Assembly: GCF_009914755.1 (NCBI RefSeq)
Contig: NC_060934.1
Strand: one strand, 5' to 3'
DNA: 64,000 nucleotides
Origin: the human T2T-CHM13v2.0 reference genome, Homo sapiens
Position numbers and translations under genes: made by a program. Shown here piece by piece: positions 1-22,071 of the stretch. The notes under the pieces were generated by a model. It did not search any database. It was not told the DNA's origin and worked only from the letters and a program-made list of their open reading frames with translations. The first letter of the stretch is position 1. The number at the start of each line of letters is the position of its first letter.

Positions 1-336
1 TTTTGCATTGCCTCTTAGGATAGCAATAATTGATGCTAGTCCCCCAAAAATCTCCTGTGCAATGGAAACTCCTTTCTTTCTGAATTGTCTTCATCAGTAA
101 GAGCAGACATCAATTTTCACAAACAATAGAAATGCCAGTGTCAATTTCCCTCCTAGGGCACCCAGGTTAGCCCACTATGCCCTCTTCATAGCTTTCACTG
201 CTTTGGGTATGGAAATGGATCCAGGAACTCATGAGATAAGAGTGGCAGTGTGCAGAGAATGTTCTAGTCAAGAAGAGGACAATTGATGCCCCTTCACGGG
301 AGATGTTGCCTAATTGCTCTAAGAAGTTGGGATTTT

Positions 337-640
337 GGCCAGGCGCAGTGGCTCATGCATGTAATTCCAGCAGTTTGGGAGGCTGAGGTGGGCGGATCAC
401 AAGGTCAGGAGATCGAGACCATCCTGACCAACATGTTGAAACACGGTCTCTACTAAAAATAGAAAAATTAGCTGGGTGTGGTGGCATGTGCCTGTAATCC
501 CAGCTACTCGGGAGGCTGACGCATGATAGTCGCTTGAACCCAGGATGCGAAGGTGCAGTGAGCCGAGATCACACCACTGGACTCCAGCCTGGTGACAGAA
601 TGAGACTCTCTCTCAAAAAAAAAAAAAGAGAGAGAGAGAA
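337..640 (+). mobile_element. AluS
   Basis: Full dimer; TSD agaagttgggattt. Confidence 0.93.
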
Positions 641-741
641 GTTGGGATTTCTTGGGGAGTCAAAATGAGACAAGGATGATCTTGCAGGGCTCACATTTTC
701 AGCTTCTCTTGTGGTACGTGAAGGCTGTTGGTGGTGGGTGT

Positions 742-1054
<313 letters not shown>

Positions 1055-1457
1055 TAACATGGAAGTTACTGATAAACATCGTGCTTATGAAAGCCACTCG
1101 TATTTTTCAGGCCCAGAACCTGAGGGGAGGCCGTTGAAGGGATGTCATGGTGCAAATGAGTTCCTTTGCCTCTCCAAGCACTGGTCCTTATTAACCTGGA
1201 GGTGACTGCAGCCACAAGAAAAACTCCCTAAAAGCTTTGCTGGCAGGAGGTGAAAGAGAAGATGCACCACGCCTGGAACATCCTAAGTGCTCAATAAATG
1301 GCTGCCGTGGGTGGCTGCTTCCCCAAGCCCTCCTCCTTCACCACAGGGTTCTTGTAAAATTCCTAACTGTCCTTGGAGGCCTAAATTCCCTGCTGTAGCC
1401 ATCCTGATGCCCCTACCCTGTGACTTTGTGGTTTCATAATAAAGATAACAACAGCTG

Positions 1458-2023
<566 letters not shown>

Positions 2024-2054
2024 CAGACTCTGTTTCTTAAAAAAAAGAGAGATA

Positions 2055-2205
2055 TAATAATAGCTAATTTATTGAGCACCTGCTCTGTGCTGGGAAGTAC
2101 CTGAACACTTTATATGCATTAACTCACTTAATCCTTGCAACAGTGCCATGAGATAAATGCACTGTCATTTCCAATTCAGGGGTGATGAAACTGAGGCACA
2201 GGAAA
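2055..2205 (-). mobile_element. MIR
   Basis: AATAATAGCTAATTTTATTGAGCAC..GATGAAACTGAGGCACAG. Confidence 0.7.
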
Positions 2206-2732
2206 GCTTTATTTTGCTGCCCAGTTGCTGCGACTCAGAAAGCAGGGCACTGGCCCCTGGACTCAGGCTCAGCCCCAGACTTTCCCCCAGCTTCCCCTTT
2301 AACTCTGGAGTCTTTGTGGGTTTGATCTGACAAAAACCCAACAACTCTTTGGAAGGTGGTTTGGAGGAAAACGTGTTTTGCCTTTCCAAAATCAACATCT
2401 CCATGAACTTTTGGAAAAATATTCCTTTGTCCAGTCAGGGCTGTTGGTATTGGAGATGGGGTTGGGGCTCCTGAATAGCTACTGGACTTAGCTGTGCTAC
2501 AAGGTGGTTGCCCCAACCTCACCATAGAACTGCAGCCCACACTTTGGAGGACTCCTAAGTCAGCGGGTCTGACAGGTTTCCAGCAATTACTTCATGTTTT
2601 TGAACTATCTGTCTGGACTTGCCCAGTTTCCAGTGGGTTCCTCCATGTAACTCTCCAGAGACAGCCATGATGTTTCAAGTACTGGGTCCCTTTGAAGGAG
2701 GTCTCATTCACATTCACAGACTGGACCTTTAG

Positions 2733-3595
<863 letters not shown>

Positions 3596-4314
3596 AGTGC
3601 CTTATTTAGAAGTGAAGAGGTTGGTGCTTCCTTGGAAGGAATTCTTTGTTGCCACTGATAACAACTATGGTTTCTTGAGTCTGTTCTGACTTGAGTCTGT
3701 TCTGTGTCCTCAGCAGCAGGCCCAAGTTACCTGCAGTCTCGCCAGTTTCACAGATGAGGAAACAGAGGCTCAGAGGACTTATGCCCTAGGCGGAGCTGGG
3801 GTTGAAACCCAGTTCTGTCTGGGAAAACAGTGCCAAAGACTGTTTTCCCAACCACCAGGCTCTCCTGCCTCCAGCTGCCTGTGGTCCTCCATGGGGATCA
3901 AGAGGGTGCATGTGGGGCTAGTCCAAATGGCAGACAACTTTGAAAAATCCTGCTTGCTTCTGGAATCTATTATTGGTGAGATTTACTTGTTCTGTTTAGG
4001 CTAATATTGACATTAATTTACATTTTGTGAGTTTACAGGAGCTCATGGAAGTTGGGAGGGGGAATCAAGAAGGAAGTCAGAAGGAGGTTGGAAATCAGCC
4101 TTATTGCACCAACAAAGTGGCAGCTGTGGAACTGGGTTAACTGAGGCTTGGCTATGTGTGCAGGTTTTATGGGAGATGATGAAATTATGAATTTCAGTCT
4201 GTGATGCAGGTTCATTGAGTTCAGACACTTCTAATTTAAAATTCACAGTGACCAAGCAGTGGCTTATTTAAAGCCTTTCTGTATTTACTTAGCAAAGAAA
4301 AAAAAAATTCCTTT

Positions 4315-4611
<297 letters not shown>

Positions 4612-4999
4612 TTATACAAATGAGTAAGGTAAACAGAGATGTCAGAGACTGTACTGTTTTGGGGGAGTTTTCAGTGGCTTGATCACATGCATTTCTTTCC
4701 AGACAACAATCCCTATTAAGTATGTGTCTTATTCCCAGTTTATTAATGTGGTCCCCAAGGATGCCTCTATGAGGCAGCTTTTTGTTAGGCCAGGTTGTCA
4801 TCCTCCTTTTTAAAATGCTGAGATTAAGATTTTCTCCAATTATGATCTGTCTTCCTTCTGATTTAATGAGGTTTGATTTGTGTCAGAAAATTTTCATGAC
4901 TGTACCTGACATTCTTTAGCAGTGGCTGACACCTAGCTTGCCATGGTGGAATGCACGTATTTATTGTGTGTATAGAGAGAAGGGAGGATATCACTGTGA

Positions 5000-5443
<444 letters not shown>

Positions 5444-5670
5444 GCCAGCGCTTGTTTTTAATGGGGGTATCTGATACTTGTTCCCATAAACAGGCCCCTC
5501 TCTCTCCTTCATCTCATTCTTATTTATCCATCTGCAGAAAAAACACAAGGCTGCCTCTCTAGCTCCAAGAAGACTTAGATGTGATGTGGCTTGCTTGGCA
5601 CATATAGCTTTTGTTTGTTTGTTTGTTTTTCATTCTTTGGGGTTGTTCAAGATAGAGAAAAGAAATTACA

Positions 5671-6047
<377 letters not shown>

Positions 6048-6733
6048 TTACACACATGTTCAGGCCATGTAAAAATTTCCAAACTGCTAAGATCATGACC
6101 TGATATCGATTATTATTTAGCCTAGTGCAGTGGTCTAAGCTGTCTTTGACGTGAATGAAGCCATGTGAAAGATAGTCTAGATGAGTGTAATTCATTCATG
6201 CCTGCATTCATTCAACAAGCATGTGCTGATTGACAGTCATATGCCATTCATTGATGGTAAGGTGGATTGACTTCCCTCTTCTTAAGAGGATGAGCACTTC
6301 TAGTTGCTTTCTAGTGATGGTGATGGGTTTTCCTGATGCACAGCTTGCCTAGAGACTGCTTGTGAACCAGGATACTCATTTTCCAAGGATAGTTGAGTAA
6401 GGAGTGCAAGGAAGACTGTTAAAGTAGAGGGACAGTCAACGACCCAGGCCTCCTGGCCACCATGTTCTGATCAGTTAGGCTGCTGGACTCAGCTGTGAAG
6501 TGGCTTGTGATAATGGCAAAAGCTACAAGTCAGGCTGATTTGTAAAATTTTATACATGGATGAAGGAGTCTTCTCTAAGTCCTTGACAGTTGACCCCATA
6601 TTGAGGGAGCTGCATAGGTGATAGGTACCTACCACTACAAACCCTCTTTATGGGAACATGAGCTCCAGTAGATGACATTCAGTGTGGACTCCATCAGTGA
6701 TTCATGTGTCACTCCTAAAGAATAGAATAAGTG

Positions 6734-7102
<369 letters not shown>

Positions 7103-7478
7103 TTAGGAAAGTAAATTTCAAATGATCATAACTTTGGCTTCCTTTACAGATTCAGGTTTACCTTGAGATTAACATATCCATTCTCAAACAAAAAAAAATG
7201 AAACAAGCTTATGTTCAGATTTCACTACTTTTTTTTGTTTTGTTTTGTTTTCAGTTTAGTAGTGTTTCATTTTAAAAACCAGACCATGCTTTTTATTTTG
7301 TCTGTTTTGTTTTTTTTTCACCCAAGAAGAGGTCCAGAATTGCAAAATCCTTTTCTTAGGTTTAATCCAGATATATGTTTCTCAGAACATTTGCTTTTAC
7401 ATGAGTAATAAGAAAAGAAATGAGAGAAATGGATGATCTTTATTTTCACATGGAATAATGTATAAAAAGTACATGTAA

Positions 7479-8108
<630 letters not shown>

Positions 8109-8398
8109 ATTACGTGCATGAACGATCTTTGAAACAATGAGAAGTTCTGTAGGTGTATGTAAGATTGCAGTAATTAAAGCAGTGTGTTGTTGGTAAAAAT
8201 AGTAGAACATAGATAAATAGAACTCAGAAGACACCCATGAAGCAGATTCTAGAGCTTGTAATGATAGTTTATGATAAAGGCATTTTACAAACCATTGCTA
8301 AAAGGATGAATTATTTAATTAATGATGGTAAGAGAATGAAATATCTGAGAGAGGTCTCAAGTTATGTTTATCTTCACCATCAGAGAAAAAAACCATGT

Positions 8399-8746
<348 letters not shown>

Positions 8747-8800
8747 TTAAAAAAAATCCAAAAGAAAATCTAAATGATCTCAGAGTCAAAGAGGACATTG

Positions 8801-8847
<47 letters not shown>

Positions 8848-9123
8848 GATGGAGCCTCACTCTGTTGCCCAGGCTAGAGGGCAGTGGCGCCATCTCGGCT
8901 CACCGCAACCTCTGTCTACCCGGTTCGAGCAATTCTCATGCTTCACCTTCCAAGTAGCTGGGACTACAGGCATGTGCCACCACTTGTGGCTAATTTTTGT
9001 ATTTTTAGTAGAGACGGGTTTCAAAATGTTGGGCAGGCTGGTCTCCAACTCTTGACCTCAAGTGATCTGTCTGCTTCAGCCTCCCAAAGTGTGAGATTAC
9101 AGGCATGAGCCATCATGCCTGGC
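8801..9123 (-). mobile_element. AluS with (TTTA)n tail
   Basis: TSD aggacattgt. Confidence 0.9.
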
Positions 9124-9300
9124 ATAACAGGACATTGTAATTTTTAAAAATCAATGGAAGAAATTAAAAAAGGAAAGACCCATAGATTAAATTATATAAA
9201 CTGTAAAACTTTTTTTGGTAAAAATGTCATAAGCAAAATTAAAACACATATTACAACAAATACCAGTCAGATATATTAAGAGATTTAAAAATATAGAACA

Positions 9301-9582
9301 GGCCGGTACAGTGGCTCACCTTTGTAATCCCAGTGCTTTGGGAGGTCCAGGTGGGAGGATTGTTTGAGCCCAGGAGTTTGAGAACAGCCTGGGAAACATA
9401 GCAACATCCTGTCTCTACAAAAATAAAAAATTAATCAGGTGTGGCGACGCATGCCTCTAGTCCTAGCTACCTGCGGGAGAGTCACTTGAGCCTAGGAGCT
9501 CCAGGATTCAATGAGCTATGATTGCACACTGTACTCCAGCCTGGGCAACAGGGTAAAACCCTGTCTCTGAAAAAATAAAAAA
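9301..9582 (+). mobile_element. AluJ
   Basis: J-type dimer. Confidence 0.88.
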
Positions 9583-9641
9583 TTATATGCACATATATAT
9601 GTAATGAATACGTTGCACCAAGAGAAAAGTAAACGAAAAGT

Positions 9642-10015
<374 letters not shown>

Positions 10016-10433
10016 TTAAGGAATTCAAACACACAAGGAACAAAATGATGGTTTAAATGCAATTCTGTGATTCTAGTTTTCCCTTATCAAATTAGCAAAG
10101 ATAAGAAGAATACTTCAATCTAGTGTACCTTTGCAGGAAAGAAAGCCCTTTCATGTACACTTGATGAATGTGTAAATTGCTAAACTCTTTTTTGAAAACA
10201 ATTTGTCAATATATATCAACAGTCCTAAAATATTTATGCCCTTTTCTCTAGTAATTTCATATCACAAAGTTGTCAGAGAGATGCAGACCAATATTTATAT
10301 CCTGGGATTTCATTGCAGCATTATTTATAATAATGAACAATTGGAAGCAACTCAAATATTCAACAGAGAGCAATTATAAACAACATTATGATACATCAAG
10401 AAAATGTAAGATTATGTGGCTAGTAAACATTTT

Positions 10434-11174
10434 GTGGTATGGTTTGGATGTGGTCGGTCCCTGCTGGAATGCATGTTGAAATTTGATACCCAATGTAGCT
10501 GTGTTGGGAGGTAGAGCCTAGTGGGAGGTGTTTGGGATATGGGAACAGATCCCTCATTAATAGATTAGATTAGTGCTCTTCTGCAAAGGTAAATGAATTC
10601 TCCCTCTGGCAGGAATAAATTAGTTCCCTTGAGAGCAGATTAAAAAAAAAAAAATTCTGGCTGGAGGCAGGGCTCACACCTGCAATCCCAGCACTTTGGA
10701 GTACGAGGCAAGAACATGGCTTGAGTCCAGTATTTTGAGACCAGCTTGAGCAACATAGCGAGACCTCATCTCTGCAAAAATAAAAATTAAAATATTAGCC
10801 AAGCATGGTGGCATGGGCCTGTAGTTCAAGCTACTAAGGGGGCTAAGGTGGGAGGATTGCTTAAGCCTAGATGTTGGAGGCTGCAGTGAGCTTTGACCAT
10901 GCCACTGCACTCCAACCTGGGTGAGTGTGAGACCCTGAAAAAAACAAAAGTCTGGCTTCCCCAGTTTTTCTTTTTTGCTTCCTTTCTTGCCATGTGATCT
11001 TTGCACACTTCCACTTCCCTCCTGTTTTCTGCCTGGAGCGGAGGCCCTCACCTGATGCAACTGTCCAATCGTGGACTTTCCAGCCACCAGAATCATGAGC
11101 CAAATACATTTCTTTTCTTGATAAATTACCCAGCCTCAGGTCTTCTGTAATAGCAACAGAAAACAGACAAAGAC
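10434..11174 (+). mobile_element. MST-type MaLR solo LTR interrupted by an Alu
   Basis: TGGTATGGTTTGGATG...ATAAATTACCCAGCCTCAGG...AGCAACAGAAAACAGACAAAGAC; Alu inserted at ~10659-10948. Confidence 0.8.
10659..10948 (+). mobile_element. AluJ inside the MST LTR
   Basis: J-type dimer; tctggct on both sides. Confidence 0.85.
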
Positions 11175-11439
11175 TTTTTGTTTTCAAAGAATATTCCATG
11201 TCATGGGGAAAGTCTCATAATATGGTGTTATGTGAAAATAGATACACAGGTTCCATTTTGAAATAAATATATATTTAGAAATGAAACAGGAAGAAAATAT
11301 GCCAAAATGTTAACTGGTTTTTCTCTTATTGATAGGATTACAGTGGAGCTTTTAGATTTTAATGTCTTCCAGATCTCCCCTCCCCTCCCCTTCCCTTCCC
11401 CTCCCCCTCCCCTCACCTCCCCTTTCCTTTCTTTTTCAA

Positions 11440-11586
11440 GTAAGGGTCTTCCCCTGTCACCCATGACAGAATGCAGTGGCATATTCGTGGCTCACCGTAG
11501 CCTCGAACTCCTAGGCTCAAGCAATCCTCCCATCTCAGCCTCTCAAGAAGATGAGACTACAGATGTGTGCCACCACACCTGGCTAA
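11440..11586 (-). mobile_element. AluJ right-arm fragment with pyrimidine-rich tail (~11375-11436)
   Basis: CTCCTAGGCTCAAGCAATCCTCCC. Confidence 0.8.
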
Positions 11587-12007
11587 TATATATATAGCAT
11601 CTGTTTCTGCAAGTGGATTGCAAGCACCTTGTGGTGTCTAGTGTGATACTTAGTATATAAGAGTAGTGTTAGTACACAGCAGGTGCTCAATAAATACTGC
11701 AGATTATCTCATTTCTAAGCTACCTGTGGCAACATGGTTCTCTATGCATTCAGGAATTTTTTTTTTTCTTTGCGTATTTCCCGTCTACCCTCCCCAAACA
11801 AAGCCATTTAGAGACAGATGGACCAGACCTTCCGCAATCTCAGTGAGCCCATGAGCATCCCAGACTGAACAGAAATTCAGCTGTAGACCTAGCAGATGTT
11901 TATTATCCTCCCTCCTTCTTTTGTTGTTTTTCACACACCTCTGTGCTGGAAAAGAGCCACCTGGTATATTAACTCTACACAGATGCTTGGAATTTTCTGT
12001 CCTTTTA

Positions 12008-12398
<391 letters not shown>

Positions 12399-12948
12399 AT
12401 GAAATCATCTTTCATTTTAGTTATGGAGATAAAGGGAGGGTGAGGCCTTCCTTACAGAGCCGGGGCCAGCTGTGTTTATACTGAACATCAGGGCCAGGGC
12501 CTAGGAATAGTGACAGGCACAGGTGGCCATAGGATATTGGCAAGAGGTCACAGACCCAGACACGTGCATGGCCAGGCATGTAGCAAATGGGGCGTGTCAA
12601 ATGGTAGCCGTGGGTGGGACCAGAGGTGGAAGTACATGATTTAAGCTTCCCGAGCCCTGACTTGCTCAGGCCTCTGGAGGGGCCTTAGCAATTTTGTATT
12701 TATAATTTCAATTTATTTTTCTTAGAGAAGTCATTCCAACTAATATAAGCCTCAGGCCTGATAAAAACCTATCTTTGCCTCTGGTGGAACTCTCGTACCC
12801 AGTGTGCCCTGGCCTAAATAAGTTGGACCATTCGGCCTCAAGTGATGACAGCTAATCAGAAGTGTTGCTAGGGCTTTTGATTTTTCCAGAGCAGGAGGAA
12901 TCCAGGTTTTTGTATGAAATCTCTGACAGTTTAAATGTCAGTAACTTA

Positions 12949-13257
<309 letters not shown>

Positions 13258-14225
13258 TTACAACAAAATAAAAAACCACTGTGGCCAAACAAGTTGTATA
13301 TATATATAGGCTGGAGTGAATTCATGGACTGCCAATCTGTGACTTCTGGTTATTTGAGTTGAGGAATTACAGAATTGCCAAATTCTGTCATTTGGCTCCA
13401 TGGCAGGGTCTACCTGTCCTCTGTCCTCTGCCCATTAGAACAGGTTTGGATAGGTCTCTACCAGGGAGTTTTGATCTTTTCTGCAGCTGCAGCCAACAGC
13501 CAGACATCCTCTAAATGTCACCCGCTGGTCACAACGACGGAAAGCCAACCGGGGGTGCAGCTAGACAAATTGATGTAAATTCATTTCCACAATTGGCAAA
13601 GCCAACCAAAGCACATGGCCCACTGACAGTGATGTGGCAGCAAAGTCACTTGAACATGTGAAGACCACGTGGGGTGGCTATTGTTCTTTCTGGGCACTAA
13701 TTAATCTTGTGGGTGGGTAAGTAACTGTGTTGTGCTCCTCCAGATGGCCGCAGCCAGTGAGTTCAGGGGAGATTTATATAACTGATCAAACAGAGAGCAA
13801 GTCACTTCCCTCGAGCCCCCAAATCCACTTGAGGCCACACACCCAGCCTTTCATAACTGCAGGCTTTCCACCATGTGAACACTATTCAGAAACTGCAAAG
13901 GCCCCCCAGTTAAAGGAGTGACTTCTGCATGTCATTTCATATGTAGAAGATGATGGTTCCTCTTAAGTTCCCGGGATGACAGGTGACATCAGATGGGGTC
14001 ACCGGCTGGTATTTAGGGCAGAACACAGCTGTCAAGGATATTGGGTAGAGGGACGAGGCTGTTAAGAACAGTGGATTGCGAGTGATAGCCTGTGGGCTTC
14101 CTTCTGTTGTTAGCTCAGATTGGCCATAAAGCTGCTTTGAGTGGCTGTGTTTCCATCACTAATTAGCATGCCGTGGGAGCTGCTTTGGCATTGCCATAGA
14201 GAGGTTTCAGGGCTGCTGCTTGGCA

Positions 14226-14526
14226 TTTTTTTTTTTTTTTTGAGACAATCTCGCATCTTGCTCTGTTGCCCAGGCTGGAGTGCAGTGGTGCGATCTTGGC
14301 TCACTGCAACCTCCATCTCCTGGGTTCAAGCAGTTCTTGTGCCTCAGCCTCCTGAGTAGGTAGGACTACAGGCACGTGCCACCATGCCTGGCTAATTTTT
14401 TTGTATTTTGGTGGAGACCAGGTTTCACCATATTGGCCAGGCTGGTCTTGAACTCCTGACCTTGTGATCCGCCCGCCTCAGCCTCCCAACGTGCTGAGAT
14501 TACAGGCCTAAGCTGCCAGGCCTGAC
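14226..14526 (-). mobile_element. AluS
   Basis: Full dimer. Confidence 0.9.
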
Positions 14527-14756
14527 CTGCTGCTTAGCTTTTAAGTAACTACCAGGATCTGTGGTAGTGGTGAAGCGTGCTTTGCATAAGCCTAGGGATC
14601 TGTTGTATAAACTCCACTACTCCTGCTTCTGATCAGGGGTGTCAGGGGGTGAGGGAATTGCATAACATTTAAGGGAGCATCAACCCTTCCCCCCATGCAT
14701 GGGCTTCTTCCGGAAAGGGCCCATCAGAACCACCACCCCCCACCAGGGAAGGGGTG

Positions 14757-14795
<39 letters not shown>

Positions 14796-15073
14796 TTTGA
14801 GATGAAGTCTCGCTGTTGTCATCCAGGCTGGGGTGCAGTGGCACAATCTCAGCTCACTGCAACCTCCACCTCCTGGGTTCAAGCAATTCTCCTGCCTCCC
14901 TCCCAAATAGCTGGGACTACAGGTGCCCGCCACCACGCCTGGATAATTTTTCTATTTTTTAGTAGTGATGGGGTTTTGCCATGTTGGCCAGGCTGGTGTC
15001 GAACCCCTGATGTAAGGTGATCCGTCTACTACCACCTCCCAGTGACTACAGGTGTGAGCCACTGCACCTGGCC
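14757..15073 (-). mobile_element. AluS with (TTTA)n tail
   Basis: Dimer. Confidence 0.88.
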
Positions 15074-15105
15074 AAAAAGTCTATATAGTCTTAGAAAAAG
15101 CTGCA

Positions 15106-15409
15106 GGCTGGGCATGGTGGTACACACTTGTAGTCCCAGCTACTTAGGAGGCTGAAGCAGGAGGATTACTTGAGCCTAGGGGTTCAAGGCCAGCCTGGGC
15201 AACATAGCTAGACCCCATCGCCTTAAAAAATGCAGAAGTTAGCCAGGCATGGTGGTGGGTGCCTGTAGACCCAGCTACTTGGGAGGCTGAAATGGGAGGA
15301 TCCCTTGATCTCAGGAGTCAAAGCTGCAGTGAGCTGTGATCATGCCACTGCACTCCAGCCTGGGCGATAGTGTGAGCCCCCATTTCTAAAAAAGAAAAAA
15401 AAGAAAGAA
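15106..15409 (+). mobile_element. FLAM/AluJ-like monomer pair
   Basis: Two Alu monomers, old-type diagnostics. Confidence 0.8.
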
Positions 15410-15703
15410 ACTGCAGTAGATAATGTATAATGGAAGACAATAAAAGAAGGAAGATGAAGCGTTTTTCCCCAGGGAGTTAGGCTGTCAGTGTGTCTGTCTG
15501 AAACCTTCCCAGTAAGTCAGTATTTCTAGTGCATGCCTGGTAGAATTACCTTGCTTTGTCTTCTAATTCATTCACTCACAAATTAATATATGAATTCCTA
15601 TTATAATCCAGTCCCTCAGTCAGATGCTAGGCACACGTGATGAGTGAAATACAGTCCCTGCAGTTTGGAGCATACATAAAGAAGAGTATAAAAACTAAAT
15701 GTC

Positions 15704-16011
15704 AGCCGGGCACAGTGGCTCATGCCTGTAATCCCTGCACTTTGGGAGCTTAAGGCAGATGGATCATCTGAGGTCAGGAGTTCGAGACCAGCCTGGCTAA
15801 GATGGTGAACCCCCCCCCCCCCCACTAATAATAATAAAAAAAGTTAGCTGGGCATGGTGGCACGTGCCTGTATCCCTAGCTACTCGGCAGGCTGAGACAG
15901 GAGAATCGCTTGAAACTGGGAGGCAGAGGTTGGTTGCAGTGAGCCGAGATCATGCCACTGTACTTCAGCCTGGCGACAGACCAACACTCGTCTAAAAAAA
16001 AAAAAAAAAAA
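15704..16011 (+). mobile_element. AluS
   Basis: Dimer with an internal poly(C) run at ~15810-15823. Confidence 0.9.
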
Positions 16012-16074
16012 GGAAATGTTCTAGATTCTAATGAAGAATGATGACATAGTTTGGATTAATTATCTTGGACTGGT

Positions 16075-16351
16075 TTTTTTTTGTTGTTGTTGTTGTTGTT
16101 TGTTTGTTTTGAGACAGAGTGTTGCTCACTGCAACCTCCGCCTCCCGGGTTCCAGATATTCTCCTGCCTCAGCCTCCTGAGTAACTGGGACTACAGGTAT
16201 GTGCCACCACACCTGGCTAATTTTTGTATTTTTAGTAGAGACCGGGTTTCACCATATTAGCCAGGATGGTCTCGATCTCCTGACCTCATGATCTGCCCAG
16301 CTCACCCTCTGAAGATGCTGGGATTACAGGCCTGAGCCACAGCGCCTGGCC
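16075..16351 (-). mobile_element. AluS (internal deletion)
   Basis: Antisense dimer. Confidence 0.88.
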
Positions 16352-16354
16352 TGT

Positions 16355-17830
<1,476 letters not shown>

Positions 17831-18069
17831 GAGAAGTACCAGGTGACCTAGGTTCAAATCCCAGGTGTGTGTATCACTTACAGCTGGCTGGTGTCAGCCA
17901 AGTTTGTTTGCTCATCTATCTGATGCACACATTAAACCCGTACCTACTTGATGTCGTGGCTGTAAAATTTAAAAGTGAACATTGTTTTTTATAAAGGGAT
18001 ATAGTCACAGATTTATTTATTGTGTGTGTCCCACACTAGAATGTCAATTCCAAAAGAATGGCACTTCAC

Positions 18070-18388
<319 letters not shown>

Positions 18389-18497
18389 TTATTTCCCTAA
18401 TAATGCCTGATACATAGTAGATGCTCAATCAGCATGGACTACAGGAAGGGTTACTTTGTAAAGATAACCAAGTACTTACCCAGAAAACATGTATGTA

Positions 18498-18785
18498 GGC
18501 TGTGTACAGTGGCTCATGCCTGTATTTCTAGGTTTCTGGGAGGCTGCTGTAGGACCACTTGAGGCCAGGAGTTTGAGACCAGTCTGGGCAACATAGTGAG
18601 ACCCCATCTCTACAAGAAGAATTTTTTAAAAAATTTACTGGGCATGGTGGCATGCATCTATAGTCCCAGCTACTCAGAAGGCTGAGGCAGGAGGTTCACT
18701 TGAGCCCAAGAGTTTGAGGCTGAAGTGAGCTGTGATGGCACCACTGCACTCCAGCCTGGGTGACAGCAAGATCTTGTCTCTGAAA
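18498..18785 (+). mobile_element. AluJ
   Basis: J-type dimer. Confidence 0.85.
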
Positions 18786-18995
18786 CATTTTTTGTAAAAC
18801 CAAGATTTGAACTTGGATTAAGGTGGTTCTAGAAGGGTGGTGCCCCAAGGCTTGGCAGACAGAGCAAGAAAAAAAAAATCCCCGCATGTATTTAAAGATA
18901 AAACCATATCAGAAAACTGCATTCTTGGGGATCAAGATCAAATCTTCATATCAGCATCTACTATCTATGTAGAAGGTCCTGTTCCCCTTTGTTAA

Positions 18996-19355
<360 letters not shown>

Positions 19356-19575
19356 CCCCTGATATGATTTTGAACAGGATCTTTATCTTCAGTGAAATGC
19401 TGATACTCCATTTCTTTGTGGAAACAGTCTTGACTTGTTGGGCACTTGGGCTGTTTCCAGTTTTGGGCTATTAGAGATAATGTCAGCTTCTTTGTCTACT
19501 GACGAAAGTGAAAATGGTGAAATGTGTCTATAGTCGAACCTTGACACTGTGTTCAGGCTCATTTTGGATGTATCT

Positions 19576-19713
19576 TTCAGTGCTTGAAGTTTGGCATCCT
19601 CTATAGTATAAACAAGATCAACAAAAATTGATTCCTGAGCCTCCTTCAGTGCTTGAAGTTTGGCATCCTCTATAGTATAAACAAGATCAACAAAAATTGA
19701 TTCCTGAGCCTCC
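19576..19713. repeat. Perfect 2x69-bp tandem duplication
   Basis: 19576-19644 is identical to 19645-19713. Confidence 0.97.
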
Positions 19714-19975
19714 CAAGGGAAAAATTCAGACGATTTCCAAAGGAGATCAAAGAAAGATGTTCAATATAGAATTCAGGGTCACTGTGGAATCTTAATGATA
19801 AACTTTGGTATTTCCTTTGACCAAAATTATTTTAATAAATGCTCTAGCAATCACTGCCACCGGTACATTTTTTTTTTTTTAACCGAGGAGTGATTTAGGA
19901 ATGGTAAGGTGATTTGCCTTGAGCCATAGAAGCTGGGGTGCTGACTGACTCATTCTGTATTCTGCAGCTTTTTAG

Positions 19976-20294
<319 letters not shown>

Positions 20295-20569
20295 AAGAAT
20301 TACTATAATTTTATAATCAGAACAATGAAGTAACCAAAGTATACTTTTATTTGATGCTCAAATAAAACTAATCAAGTGATCTTGTTTTACAAGTGAAAAA
20401 GTCATGACAACAACAGTAGCTACTATTTATTGTCTGCCTTTGGTTTAGGTGTTTTACAGTCACTCACTGTCTATGTTCTTAAAACAACCTGGCAAAGTAG
20501 ATAAAAGATGCTTCCTGACTTACATGATTCCGGTCTGTCCCAACAAACCATTGTAAGTTGAAAATGCTT

Positions 20570-20877
<308 letters not shown>

Positions 20878-21017
20878 TGAAAATGCATTTAGTATAACTA
20901 ACCCACCCAACATCACATCTTAGCCTGGCCTAACTTACATGTGCTCAGAACACTTACATTAGCCTAAAGTTGGGCAAAAACATCTCACCCAGAGCCTATT
21001 TTATACTAAAGTGTTGA

Positions 21018-21298
<281 letters not shown>

Positions 21299-21369
21299 TC
21301 ATGGAATGTATTGAACATTGTACCAAAAATGAAAAGTGGAATGTTTTTATAGGTACGCAAAGTACCGTT

Positions 21370-21676
21370 TCTTTTTTTCTTTTCTTTCTTTTTTTGAGAA
21401 AGAGTTTCGCTGTCTTGCCCAGGATGGAATTCAGTGGTACAATCACGGCTCACTGCAACCTCCATATCCTGGGCTCAAGTGATTCTCCTGCCTCAGCCTC
21501 CTGAGTAGCTGAGACTATAAGCACTCACCAACACGCCTAACTTTCGTATTTTTAGTAGAGACAGGGTTTTGCCATGTTAACCAGGTTGGTCTTGAACTTC
21601 TGGGCTCAATTGATCCACCTGCCTCAGCCTCCCAAAGTGCCGGGATTACAGGCATGAGCCACCACCACACTCAGCC
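21370..21676 (-). mobile_element. Alu inside MER47
   Basis: TSD caaagtac(c/a)gtttct. Confidence 0.9.
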
Positions 21677-21737
21677 TCAAAGTACAGTTTCTACTAAATG
21701 CAGATTGTTTTCACATCATCATAAAGTTGAAAAATTA

Positions 21738-22071
<334 letters not shown>

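Noticed and set aside
3674-3704. Micro tandem duplications (16 bp here; also ~62638-62665 and ~63782-63814)
   Set aside because: Ordinary slippage duplications with no spacer structure; not an array or CRISPR-like system.
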